From positions 279,912-343,911 of the forward strand of contig JADJLR010000008.1 of the NCBI GenBank assembly GCA_016710015.1: 64,000 nt of DNA. Reading direction: 5' to 3'. The translations under genes were made by a program, and so were the position numbers. Positions 41,552-50,635 of this stretch are shown here, piece by piece. Within the stretch, counting starts at the first letter, position 1, and the number at the start of each line of letters is the position of its first letter. The notes beneath the pieces are model-generated. The model worked only from the letters and a program-made list of their open reading frames with translations, was not told the origin of the DNA and searched no databases. The DNA is from Flavobacteriales bacterium. Its GTDB lineage: Bacteria > Bacteroidota > Bacteroidia > Flavobacteriales_F > PHOS-HE28.

Positions 41552-41803
41552 ATGGCCTCTTGTTGGACGTATGCAATTTCAAGCCTTTCGGCGAATTACA
41601 TCTACGTCGGTCTGTGCAATGACGCACAGGCAAGGATCGCGAGGCATCAGGGCGGGAGGGAGCGTACCACAAGACCTTATCGTCCATTCGTGGTCCTGAT
41701 CACCGAGGAATATGTGGATCGGACCAACGCCCGCACAAGAGAGAAATACCTCAAGTCTGGAGTAGGAAAGGATTACTTGAGGGGAATTCGTGATAAGCTT
41801 TAA
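41552..41803 (+). CDS. GIY-YIG nuclease family protein (YhbQ/COG2827-like, about 83 aa)
   Basis: WTYAISSLSANYIYVGLCNDAQARIARHQGG...PFVVLITEEY... matches the GIY-YIG URI-domain pattern. ATG at 41552 lies 2 nt after the tRNA. Confidence 0.7.
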   Translation: MASCWTYAISSLSANYIYVGLCNDAQARIARHQGGRERTTRPYRPFVVLITEEYVDRTNARTREKYLKSGVGKDYLRGIRDKL

Positions 41804-41833
41804 GATCAACCAGACCAAACACAATTGAAGTGC

Positions 41834-41873
41834 CGCTAGCGGGCCTGCCTGCCGAAGGCAGGTTCGAGTCCCG
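41834..41873 (+). repeat. tRNA-Leu 3' fragment (hairpin + T-arm + acceptor 3' strand; 23 nt identical to the intact tRNA 3' end) downstream of the GIY-YIG gene
   Basis: GGTTCGAGTCCCGCCCTGGGTAC repeated exactly (41851-41873 versus 41527-41549). Confidence 0.5.
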
Positions 41874-41929
41874 CCCTGGGTACTTTTCCAAAAGCGGCCG
41901 CCTTGTGCGGCCGCAGTGGTATTCGCACC

Positions 41930-42385
41930 ATGTCCATCGCACAGAACGCCATCGTACACGCCGACCCGGCCAAACAGGAGCGCTACGACAGGGCCTACAT
42001 GAAGATGGCCCTCGAGTGGGCCAAATTGAGCCACTGCACACGCAAGAAGGTTGGGGCTCTGATCGTTAAGGATGGCATGATCATCAGCGACGGGTACAAC
42101 GGTACACCCACCGGATTTCCCAATGATTGTGAAGGCACGGACGGAATGACCCATTGGTTCGTCCTACATGCCGAAGCCAATGCGATCCTGAAGGTGGCCA
42201 AAAGCACGAACGATGCACGAGGTGCGACCTTGTACCTGACCCACTCCCCCTGCAAGGAGTGCAGCAAACTGGTACTCCAATCCGGTATCAAGCGGTTGGT
42301 GTTCCTTGATGCGTACAAGGATCCTGCTGGCTTGGACCTTCTGAAGAACGGTGGCGTATTGATATCGAAATTGGAGCCTGAATAG
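41930..42385 (+). CDS. dCMP deaminase / ComEB-type cytidine-deoxycytidylate deaminase family protein
   Basis: Zinc-binding motifs HAEANAI and PCKECSKLV. About 151 aa from the ATG at 41930. Confidence 0.8.
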   Translation: MSIAQNAIVHADPAKQERYDRAYMKMALEWAKLSHCTRKKVGALIVKDGMIISDGYNGTPTGFPNDCEGTDGMTHWFVLHAEANAILKVAKSTNDARGATLYLTHSPCKECSKLVLQSGIKRLVFLDAYKDPAGLDLLKNGGVLISKLEPE

Positions 42386-42386
42386 C

Positions 42387-44017
42387 ATGTCCGAACGACG
42401 CGGTGTTTCACCTTACTATCCGTTGCTCTTGGCCTTGAGCCTGGTGGTGGGCCTCTTTATCGGCCAAGACCTCGGTGGCACGCATGGCCCGCTCACCATC
42501 TTCCAAGTGCGGCAACAGGGTCCTGCGGACAAGATCGGCCAAGTGATCGACCTGATCGATCGGCAGTACGTGGACACCGTTGAAAAGAACGCCTTGGTGG
42601 ATGAGGTCCTACAAGACATGCTACAGCGCTTGGACCCGCACAGCTATTACATCAGCGCAGCCGAATTACGGGCGGCACAAGAGCCATTGGAGGGCAGTTT
42701 CGATGGGATCGGCGTGGAGTTCGCCATCCAATACGATACCGTGGTGGTGATCAGTCCGGTGGAAGGTGGACCCAGTGCTGCGGTCGGGATCCGTGCGGGT
42801 GATCGCATCATTTCCGCCAACGGCGAACCCCTCGCTGGTATCGACATCTCCAATGATATGGTGATGAAACGCCTGCGGGGACCCAAAGGCAGTGAAGTGG
42901 TCGTCGGCATCGTCCGCGCCGGAAAGCCGACCCCCTTCGAAGTGACGATCGAAAGGGGCAAGATCCCCATCCATAGCGTGGCCGCCGCTTGGGTGGAGAA
43001 CGATGGTACGGGGTACATCAAATTGGTCCGCTTCGCGAAGAACACCCATGCCGAATTCCAGGAAGCAGCCTCGGAATTACACCGCAAAGGCATGACCCGC
43101 CTGGTGCTGGATCTCCGTGGCAATGGAGGTGGGTTCCTGAATTCCGCGATCGACCTGGCCGACGAATTCTTGCCGGATGGACGAGCGATCGTTTATACCG
43201 AAGGCCGCAATTCCCCACGCCATGATGCGCGGGCCACCAGCGCCGGGGACTTCGAGGAGATCCGCTCGCGGTCCTGGTGGACGAGGGCTCTGCGAGTGCC
43301 AGCGAGATCATCGCCGGGGCGATCCAAGACAATGACCGTGGGCTCTTAGTGGGGCGCCGGACCTTCGGTAAAGGCCTGGTGCAGGAACACGTCCCATTGC
43401 CCGATAGCAGCGCCGTTCGCATCACCACCGCACGCTATTACACCCCCAGCGGTCGCTCGATCCAAAGGCCATACGGCCACGGCATCGATTACATGGATGA
43501 GTACGAAGCCCGAGCGATCCACGGTGAACTGCTGGACCCGGACAGTATCCCAACGGACAGCACCCAGATGTACCGTACCCTGAAAGGCCGCACGGTGTAC
43601 GGCGGTGGTGGCGTGGTCCCCGATGTGTTCGTGCCGACCGACACCACCGAAGGGTCGACCTATTTGAGCGAGCTGTTCTTCACGGGACTCCTGAACCGAT
43701 TCTCCTTTGACGTGGCCGACCGTGAGCGGAGCACCTTGGAGAAGAAGTACGAGACCTCGGAACGCTTTGCACGGGAATTCAACATCCCACGCGATCTCAT
43801 GTTGGAACTGGAGCGGTACGCCACCAAAGAGGGCATCACCGCCAGAAAGGGAGATCTGGAGCGTTCGCGCGAGCAGATCGCAACGCGGATCAAGGCGGGC
43901 ATTGCTCGGAACGTGTGGGGTGATGATGGGTACTATCGGATCCTGCTGCAACGGGACCCTGCCTATGTGAAGGCGCAGCTGGAACTAGGAACCGCTGGTC
44001 CGATCGGTGCCCAATAG
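42387..44017 (+). pseudogene. second S41 C-terminal processing peptidase, frame broken by a 1-nt deletion at GAGATCC-GCTC (~43262)
   Basis: ORF 42387..43349 carries the membrane anchor, PDZ and S41 N-part. ORF 43277..44017 continues (P)LAVLVDEGSASASEIIAGAIQDNDRGLLVGRRTFGKGLVQ (catalytic Ser/Lys region) in another frame. Confidence 0.75.
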
Positions 44018-44070
44018 AAAAGGGGCCGACTCTCGCGAGGCAGCCCCTTGGATCGTTGAACGATCAAGTC

Positions 44071-44334
44071 TTAGTGACCAACAGCGTTCTCAACGGCTTC
44101 GGTAGCACCGTCCACAGCTCCCTCAACGGCAGCAGCGGCAGTGTCAGCAGCAGCAGCAGCAGCGGCAGCAGCCTCAGCGGCAGCAGCTTCAGCTTCAGCA
44201 GCAGCGGCCTCAGCTTCAGCAGCGGCCTGGTCCATCATCTCATCAGCAGAATTCTCCATGTTCTCCGTCGTGCTGCTTCCGCAAGCCACGAACAAAGCTG
44301 CCATCGTGGCGAGCAGTGCGAACTTCTTGATCAT
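44071..44334 (-). CDS. small lipoprotein with Ala/Glu-rich low-complexity repeat
   Basis: MIKKFALLATMAALFVACGSS lipobox signal. AEAEAAAAEAEAAAAEAAAAAAAAAD tract encoded by a (GCN)n trinucleotide repeat. The plus strand gives a poly-Ser ORF, judged less likely. Confidence 0.5.
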   Translation of the reverse strand: MIKKFALLATMAALFVACGSSTTENMENSADEMMDQAAAEAEAAAAEAEAAAAEAAAAAAAAADTAAAAVEGAVDGATEAVENAVGH

Positions 44335-44453
44335 TTTTGTTTTACCTTTTTTGGTGAAAGTGGGCGCAAAGGTAGAAGGTTGAACGGACCCCGCAACTGA
44401 TTGATTATCTTCGTGCATTCCATTCGACAGAAACCCACCACAACCCGACCAAT

Positions 44454-45062
44454 ATGGCGTACTCCCTTCCAGAACTCCCCTATGCTACCGATGCTTTGGA
44501 ACCACATATCGACGTGCAAACCATGCAGATCCACCATGGTAAGCACCACAACGGCTATGTGACCAATTTGAACAAGGCTCTGGACGGCAGCCCACTTGCG
44601 GATACCCCGATCGCTGAACTGATGGGCAAGTTGGACATGAACAATGCCGCCGTACGCAACAACGGTGGCGGCCATTACAACCACAGCCTGTTCTGGACCG
44701 TCATGGCCCCCAATGCTGGTGGATCTCCCAGCGGTGAACTGGCCGAGGCGATCAACAAGGACTTTGGTTCGTTCGATGCCTTCAAGGAGAAGTTCGCGAC
44801 CGCTGGTGCCACCCGTTTCGGAAGTGGCTGGGCGTGGTTGTGTGTTCACAAAGGCGGTAAGCTGGAAGTGTGCAGTACCCCGAACCAGGATAACCCGTTG
44901 ATGCCCAATACCGGCTGTGGGGGTACGCCCATCCTCGCCATGGACGTGTGGGAGCACGCCTATTACCTCAAGTACCAGAACCGCCGTCCCGATTACATCA
45001 GTGCGTTCTGGAACGTGGTGAATTGGGCCGAAGTAGCAAGTCGCTACGCCAAGGGCAAGTAA
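44454..45062 (+). CDS. sod: superoxide dismutase (Fe/Mn family)
   Basis: [36 protein letters not shown] metal-ligand motifs. Confidence 0.9.
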   Translation: MAYSLPELPYATDALEPHIDVQTMQIHHGKHHNGYVTNLNKALDGSPLADTPIAELMGKLDMNNAAVRNNGGGHYNHSLFWTVMAPNAGGSPSGELAEAINKDFGSFDAFKEKFATAGATRFGSGWAWLCVHKGGKLEVCSTPNQDNPLMPNTGCGGTPILAMDVWEHAYYLKYQNRRPDYISAFWNVVNWAEVASRYAKGK

Positions 45063-45079
45063 GCTGAAGCCTTATTTCT

Positions 45080-45120
45080 GAACGGGTGTCGTGGAGGACC
45101 ATGGCACCCGTTCTACTTTT
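45080..45120 (+). terminator. intrinsic terminator-like hairpin after sod (9-bp stem GAACGGGTG/CACCCGTTC followed by TACTTTT)
   Basis: Seen directly in the sequence 18 nt after the stop codon. Confidence 0.5.
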
Positions 45121-45125
45121 GGTGA

Positions 45126-45485
45126 GTGTACCTGCGGCGCTCCATCCTTTTCATCCTCCTGTTCGCCAGCCTACGGGTCATGGGAGGTGGGCCTTTCGAG
45201 CCGCTTTCCGTGCCGGAACTTCCCAACGCAGGGTCTGGTACCGAGAATGAGCGCTTGGTCTCCAGCGGACTTGCCTTGTTGCTGGGTCCTTTCGGAGCAC
45301 ACCGGATCTATTTGGGCACCACACCGAAAGTGGCCATCATCTATGGTGTCACCTTCGGCGGTTTCGGTATACTAGTGCTCCTGGATCTGGGGCACTTGGT
45401 GTTCTCCAAGGACCTGAAGTCCTACAGGAACAACGATCGTGTATTGATGTGGGGAAAGCCCAAGGAACCGATCACTCCACAGTGA
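45126..45485 (+). CDS. TM2 domain-containing membrane protein
   Basis: LLGPFGAHRIYLGTTPKVAIIYGVTFGGFGI matches the TM2 domain consensus. Confidence 0.6.
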   Translation: MYLRRSILFILLFASLRVMGGGPFEPLSVPELPNAGSGTENERLVSSGLALLLGPFGAHRIYLGTTPKVAIIYGVTFGGFGILVLLDLGHLVFSKDLKSYRNNDRVLMWGKPKEPITPQ

Positions 45486-47313
45486 CGCTCTTGGCCAAAT
45501 TGCGCGGCTGGTCCACGTTGCACCCCCGCATCACGGCGATGTGGTAGCTGATCAATTGGAATGGGATGACGCTCAGCAAGGGCACCAAGGCATCCGGTGT
45601 TTCGGGGATCTCGATCACGTGGTCCGCGAGTTCCCTCACGACCGAATCACCTTGGGTCACGATGGCGATGATCTTGCCCTTACGTGCCTTCACCTCCTGT
45701 ATGTTGCTCACCACTTTCTCGTAGCTCGCACCCTTGGTCGCGATCACGAAAACGGGCATCTCCTCGTCGATCAACGCGATCGGGCCGTGCTTCATCTCGG
45801 CTGCAGGGTATCCTTCTGCATGGATGTAGCTGATCTCCTTCAACTTCAACGCTCCTTCCAACGCCACGGGGAAGCTGTACCCCCGACCGAGGTAGAGCGC
45901 ATTGGTGGCATCCTTGTAGATGTCCGCGATGTATTTGATCTGCGCCTCTGTAGCGAGCACCTTCTGCACCTTCTCCGGGATCGCGTCCAATTCGTTCAGC
46001 AAACGGTAGAAATTGCTCCCGCTCAGTACGCCTTTCTTCTGGCCGACCATGAGCGCCATGAGCGTGAGCACCGTGACCTGTGCGGTGAAGGCCTTGGTGC
46101 TGGCCACCCCGATCTCCGGACCTGCGTGGGTGTACGAGCCTGCATGTGTGACCCGCGCGATACTGCTGCCCACCACGTTGCAAATGCCGATGATGGTAGC
46201 ACCGCGGTTCTTCGCCAATTCGATCGCCGCCAGTGTATCTGCGGTCTCTCCGCTTTGACTAATGGCGATCACCAGATCGTTCTCATTCACGATCGGGTTC
46301 CGGTAGCGGAACTCGCTGGCATACTCCACCTCTACCGGGATACGGGCGAACTCCTCGAAAAGGTATTCGCCGACCATGCCAGCGTGCCAACTGGTACCAC
46401 ATCCCACGATCAATATGCGTTTCGCATTCACGAATTTCTGCTCGTAATCCTTGATCCCGCCAAGGACCACTTCCCCTTTGGCGAGGTTCAAACGTCCGCG
46501 CATGCTATCGCGAATGCTGCGAGGCTGTTCATTGATCTCCTTCAGCATGAAGTGATCGTACCCACCCTTTTCCAGGGTTTCCAAGTGCATTTCCAGCTCT
46601 TGGATGAACGGTGTCTTTTCCTGATTCTTGACGTTCCGGATCTTCAGCCCGTTCGTGCGATCGATCACCGCGATCTCCCCATCCTCCAGATAGACCACAT
46701 TCTTGGTATGCTCCACGATCGGCGTGGCATCGCTGGCACAGAAGAATTCTCCTTCACCGATCCCGATCACCAAGGGCGAACTCTTGCGTGCCGCTACCAT
46801 GAGGTCCGGCTCCTTGCTATCCAGGACCACGATCGCATACGCACCGACCACGCTCGCCAGTGCCAAACGAACGGCCTCTGCGAGGTCCACTTTCTCGGTT
46901 CGCTGGATATCATCGATCAAATGCACCAGAACCTCGGTATCCGTGTCGCTCTGGAAGATGTGCCCCCGATGACCCAACTCCTCCTTGATGGACGCGTAGT
47001 TCTCGATGATGCCGTTGTGGATCAACGCCAGATCACCGCTGGTGGATCGGTGCGGGTGCGCATTCACATCATTGGGAGGGCCGTGCGTGGCCCAACGCGT
47101 ATGGCCGATCCCGATGCTTCCGCTCAGGGACTTGCCGACCACATGGGATTCCAGGTCGCTGACCTTGCCTTGGCATTTGTGAATGGTCAGGACATCACCA
47201 TTCATGAGGGCGACCCCGGCACTATCGTACCCGCGGTACTCCAGTCGACGAAGGCCGTTGATCAGGATGGGATAAGCCTCCTTGTCACCGAGGTATGCTA
47301 CTATGCCACACAT
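45472..47313 (-). CDS. glmS: glutamine--fructose-6-phosphate aminotransferase
   Basis: MCGIVAYLG N-terminal nucleophile, two SIS domains, C-terminal ...SVTVE. 613 aa. Confidence 0.9.
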   Translation of the reverse strand: MCGIVAYLGDKEAYPILINGLRRLEYRGYDSAGVALMNGDVLTIHKCQGKVSDLESHVVGKSLSGSIGIGHTRWATHGPPNDVNAHPHRSTSGDLALIHNGIIENYASIKEELGHRGHIFQSDTDTEVLVHLIDDIQRTEKVDLAEAVRLALASVVGAYAIVVLDSKEPDLMVAARKSSPLVIGIGEGEFFCASDATPIVEHTKNVVYLEDGEIAVIDRTNGLKIRNVKNQEKTPFIQELEMHLETLEKGGYDHFMLKEINEQPRSIRDSMRGRLNLAKGEVVLGGIKDYEQKFVNAKRILIVGCGTSWHAGMVGEYLFEEFARIPVEVEYASEFRYRNPIVNENDLVIAISQSGETADTLAAIELAKNRGATIIGICNVVGSSIARVTHAGSYTHAGPEIGVASTKAFTAQVTVLTLMALMVGQKKGVLSGSNFYRLLNELDAIPEKVQKVLATEAQIKYIADIYKDATNALYLGRGYSFPVALEGALKLKEISYIHAEGYPAAEMKHGPIALIDEEMPVFVIATKGASYEKVVSNIQEVKARKGKIIAIVTQGDSVVRELADHVIEIPETPDALVPLLSVIPFQLISYHIAVMRGCNVDQPRNLAKSVTVE

Positions 47314-47319
47314 GTTCGT

Positions 47320-48678
47320 TCAGTAGGTGGTGAAAGTAAGCTCCAAGCGCATGGGTGTCTGCGGATGTTCCGGCCCGCCGAGAATGGCCCGGTTGGCGCT
47401 CACACCGCTGCTACCCGCAACAAGCACTACCCCATTGTTCGGAACACTCCCGTTGGCGATGGCTAGAACGTAACGCGTGATGTTGAATCGGTATTCCTTT
47501 TCGGCGGATGCGTATAGTCCACCGATACCGGAGGTACTACCCGTCAATTGATCGGGAACGAACAGGTCCTCCCCGTTCGTTCCCTTTCGGAACAGGAAGA
47601 GCTGGGTGGGCGGCAGGTAGTAGGGGTAGAAACTTCCGGCGATAGGCACCACGAGTTCGGCCTTGGCGACCAATCGGCCCGAACCAAGACGCTCCGCCAG
47701 GTCCGGAAATCGCACCGCCGTACGCAAGCCACCTAAGGTCCGCACATACACCAGTGATGCCGGAGTGACCGTATCCATAAGGGCGTTGGTGATAGCAGGG
47801 GTCAAGGCGACCGAGCGATCGTGCCGGGCCACCGTGTACCGTACACAATTGCCGTTGATGTCCAAGACATAGGAGCGTGCTAGTTCCGGTTCGGCGCTTT
47901 GTGCATCCTTGTAATGCACCGTCAGTTTCGAGGCGGATGACAGTGTACTCAAGTACATGATCCCACCTTGATCCGGGGCTTGGCCACTACCCTCTACCTT
48001 GATGTACAGACCTTTGAAGAACTGCAAGAAGGCCGTGTTGTCCACCAAGTCCGAAGTTCCGAACCCATCAAGGAACCGTTCGGCCAATGCATTACTCAAT
48101 CGGATCCGCACCTGTGGCGGAAGTTCTCCATCCGGGGTGGTCACGGTATTGAAGGGTCGTGGTGTGATCTCTCCCGCATGTGGATAGACCAGATCCAGAG
48201 CATCCACCTCCGGCACATCGTCCGTGTGGTAGACCGAATCGATCGAAAGATCTTCCGTCAACTCAAATACTTGGAATCGTTGTGGATTGAGGTTGCCGTA
48301 GTGCGTGTTGGTTGCCTCGAAAGCCAAGGCCAACACGATACTATCGGCCGACAACCCGCTCGTGTCCATCCCTTGCCCCACATTGTTCGTGGTCAAGCGG
48401 ACCTGGGTGACGATCCCGGTCTGCAACGAACCGAATTCCGGATCCAGATAGGAGCCGACCAAGTTCCGCGTAAGTCCGCTGGTCTGGACCGCCGGATCCA
48501 CGAAGGTGTATGCCCTTAGGGTCGCCTGTTCCACGACGACTCCAACAGGATCGTTCGGCAACAGGTCCGTTCCAAGTTCGTTATCGGGTTTGCGACAGCC
48601 CAAGAACACGAGCACGATCGACGAAGCGATCACCCATGCCGGAACGTTCGCTTTCGCGGTGCGCACCATAGCCACCAC
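47320..48678 (-). CDS. DUF4270-like lipoprotein
   Basis: Signal peptide/lipobox (VLVFLGCRK). Conserved position between glgA and glmS in Bacteroidota. Confidence 0.55.
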   Translation of the reverse strand: MVAMVRTAKANVPAWVIASSIVLVFLGCRKPDNELGTDLLPNDPVGVVVEQATLRAYTFVDPAVQTSGLTRNLVGSYLDPEFGSLQTGIVTQVRLTTNNVGQGMDTSGLSADSIVLALAFEATNTHYGNLNPQRFQVFELTEDLSIDSVYHTDDVPEVDALDLVYPHAGEITPRPFNTVTTPDGELPPQVRIRLSNALAERFLDGFGTSDLVDNTAFLQFFKGLYIKVEGSGQAPDQGGIMYLSTLSSASKLTVHYKDAQSAEPELARSYVLDINGNCVRYTVARHDRSVALTPAITNALMDTVTPASLVYVRTLGGLRTAVRFPDLAERLGSGRLVAKAELVVPIAGSFYPYYLPPTQLFLFRKGTNGEDLFVPDQLTGSTSGIGGLYASAEKEYRFNITRYVLAIANGSVPNNGVVLVAGSSGVSANRAILGGPEHPQTPMRLELTFTTY

Positions 48679-48680
48679 CC

Positions 48681-49505
48681 TCAGACCAGAGCTTCCTCCA
48701 GCATGCTTTGATAGAACTCGGAGTGCGCCTGCACCTGATCGGCATCCTTTGCGAAAGCCATTACGGGCTTCTCATAGCTCTTCAACGCGGACTCCAGTCC
48801 CTTGCTGAGCTTGGCACTGGAACGCACAGCCCCATCGGAAAGCCCCATGGCGAACTTCACAAGATCGTCCGTGGTGGGCTTGTTCAAGCCTTTTAGAAGG
48901 TCCTTGTCGAATCCTTCCATCACCAACTTCTTGGCCAGATCCTTATCCAAGGCCTCGGCCTTCTGGTCGTGAACGCTGAAGATCAACTTCGTGTTCTCGA
49001 AGTGCGGGTCATCAGCGAAATGATGGCGTACGTATAACGGAACGAGGGCCGTCATCCAGCCGTGACAATGGATGATATCCGGAACCCAACCGAGTTTCCG
49101 CACGGTCTCCAATACACCGCGACCAAAGAACAATGCACGCTCGTCATTGTCCGCGAAGAAGGTGCCGTCCGCATCGTGTGTGTCGGCCTTTCGCTTGAAA
49201 TACTCCTCGTTGTCGATGAAGTACACCTGCATGCGCGCACTGGGCACACTGGCCACCTTGATCAGCAACGCGTGGTCGGTGTCGTTGATGATCAAATTCA
49301 TCCCGCTAAGGCGGATCACCTCGTGTAGCTGGTGGCGGCGCTCATTGATGCAGCCGAACTTCGGCATGAATACCCGTATCTCGTTCCCGCACTCCAGAAT
49401 ACCTTGCGGCAACTGACGCGAGACCTTCGCCATTTCTTCCGGACCGTCCAGAAAGGGTTGGATGGATTGGGAAATGGTGAGGACCTTCGTGTTCTTCAAG
49501 CTCAT
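48681..49505 (-). CDS. glgA: glycogen/starch synthase (short Bacteroidota type)
   Basis: N-terminal KVLTISQSIQPF...GILECGNEIRVFMPKFG typical of glycogen synthase N-domain. ATG at 49505. Confidence 0.75.
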   Translation of the reverse strand: MSLKNTKVLTISQSIQPFLDGPEEMAKVSRQLPQGILECGNEIRVFMPKFGCINERRHQLHEVIRLSGMNLIINDTDHALLIKVASVPSARMQVYFIDNEEYFKRKADTHDADGTFFADNDERALFFGRGVLETVRKLGWVPDIIHCHGWMTALVPLYVRHHFADDPHFENTKLIFSVHDQKAEALDKDLAKKLVMEGFDKDLLKGLNKPTTDDLVKFAMGLSDGAVRSSAKLSKGLESALKSYEKPVMAFAKDADQVQAHSEFYQSMLEEALV

Positions 49506-49609
49506 GTTGTAGGGGGGGGAGGAATTCGAGCACAAAAATATAGACTTTTAGGCGGAACTTCAACACGGAGTTCTAGTTTAGCCCCCTTGCGACCCATTCG
49601 GAACCCGCG

Positions 49610-50464
49610 TTGACCGTGGACTTCATCACCTCTCCTCCCGCTATCGCGGAATGGTCGGCCCAAGCCCGGAGAGCGGCTCGTACCGTAGGCTTCGTGCCCA
49701 CGATGGGGGCCTTGCACGAAGGGCATCTGGACTTGGTAATACGGGCCCGAGCCGTCTGTGATCTGGTAGCCTGCAGCATTTTCGTGAACCCCCTCCAATT
49801 CAACGACGCTGAAGACCTGAAGCGGTACCCGAGACAGCTCGAAAAGGACAGGGAGCTGTTGGCTGAGGTGGGCTGCAATGTGCTGTTCGCTCCCGAAAAA
49901 GAAGTCATTTTCGCTGATTTCCAGCCATTTACATATAACCTCGGCAGCTCGAACGATCATTGGGAAGGTCCCTCGCGGCCTGGTCACTTCCAAGGCGTGG
50001 TGAACGTGGTGGAACGCCTATTCCACTTTGTACGGCCGGATCAGGCCTTCTTTGGTGAAAAGGACCGCCAACAACTGACCATTCTACAGCACGTAGGCCG
50101 CACGGAGCATTGGCCAGAACGGATCATCCCCTGCCCGACCGTTCGTGCTGCGGACGGCATAGCGCTGAGTTCGCGCAACGCACGTTTGGACCCTAACGAG
50201 CGGATCCAAGCGACCGTCCTGTACAAAGCGCTCCAAGAAGCAGCAGCGAAGGCCTTCACGCACTCCGTAACCGAGACCGAACAGGCCGCATTACATGTCC
50301 TCGGGTCGGCGGAAGGTGTGACCTTGGATTACTTCGGTATCGCTGATGCAGATACCTTGGAACCTCTGCTCGATTGGGACGGCAGGGACCGCGCTGTCGC
50401 CTTGGTGGCCGCACAGGTGGGTCCCGTACGCTTGATCGACAACATCACCTTGGTCCGGCGTTGA
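49610..50464 (+). CDS. panC: pantoate--beta-alanine ligase
   Basis: FVPTMGALHEGHLDLV (HIGH-like motif) and overall PanC similarity. Start codon is non-ATG (TTG/GTG at 49610-49618). Confidence 0.85.
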   Translation: MTVDFITSPPAIAEWSAQARRAARTVGFVPTMGALHEGHLDLVIRARAVCDLVACSIFVNPLQFNDAEDLKRYPRQLEKDRELLAEVGCNVLFAPEKEVIFADFQPFTYNLGSSNDHWEGPSRPGHFQGVVNVVERLFHFVRPDQAFFGEKDRQQLTILQHVGRTEHWPERIIPCPTVRAADGIALSSRNARLDPNERIQATVLYKALQEAAAKAFTHSVTETEQAALHVLGSAEGVTLDYFGIADADTLEPLLDWDGRDRAVALVAAQVGPVRLIDNITLVRR

Positions 50465-50635
50465 GTGCGAACAAATACACGACCGTACATTCGCCGGAGG
50501 TCCCTCAACCGTCATGCCCATCGAACACCGCTTCCCGATGACCGCCTTCATTGCACCACCGATCCCGGCCCGCAATGGACCAGGGGAAGTGAGAAGGAGT
50601 GGAATGTGCATCGGTTCCCGAGCTTCCATCCGGTC

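Noticed and set aside
44056-44400. Plus-strand poly-Ser ORF (SSSSGSSLSGSSFSFSSSG) across the GCN repeat
   Set aside because: It is an artefact of the trinucleotide repeat. The minus-strand frame has a proper lipoprotein signal peptide and lipobox and a natural stop, so it is preferred.
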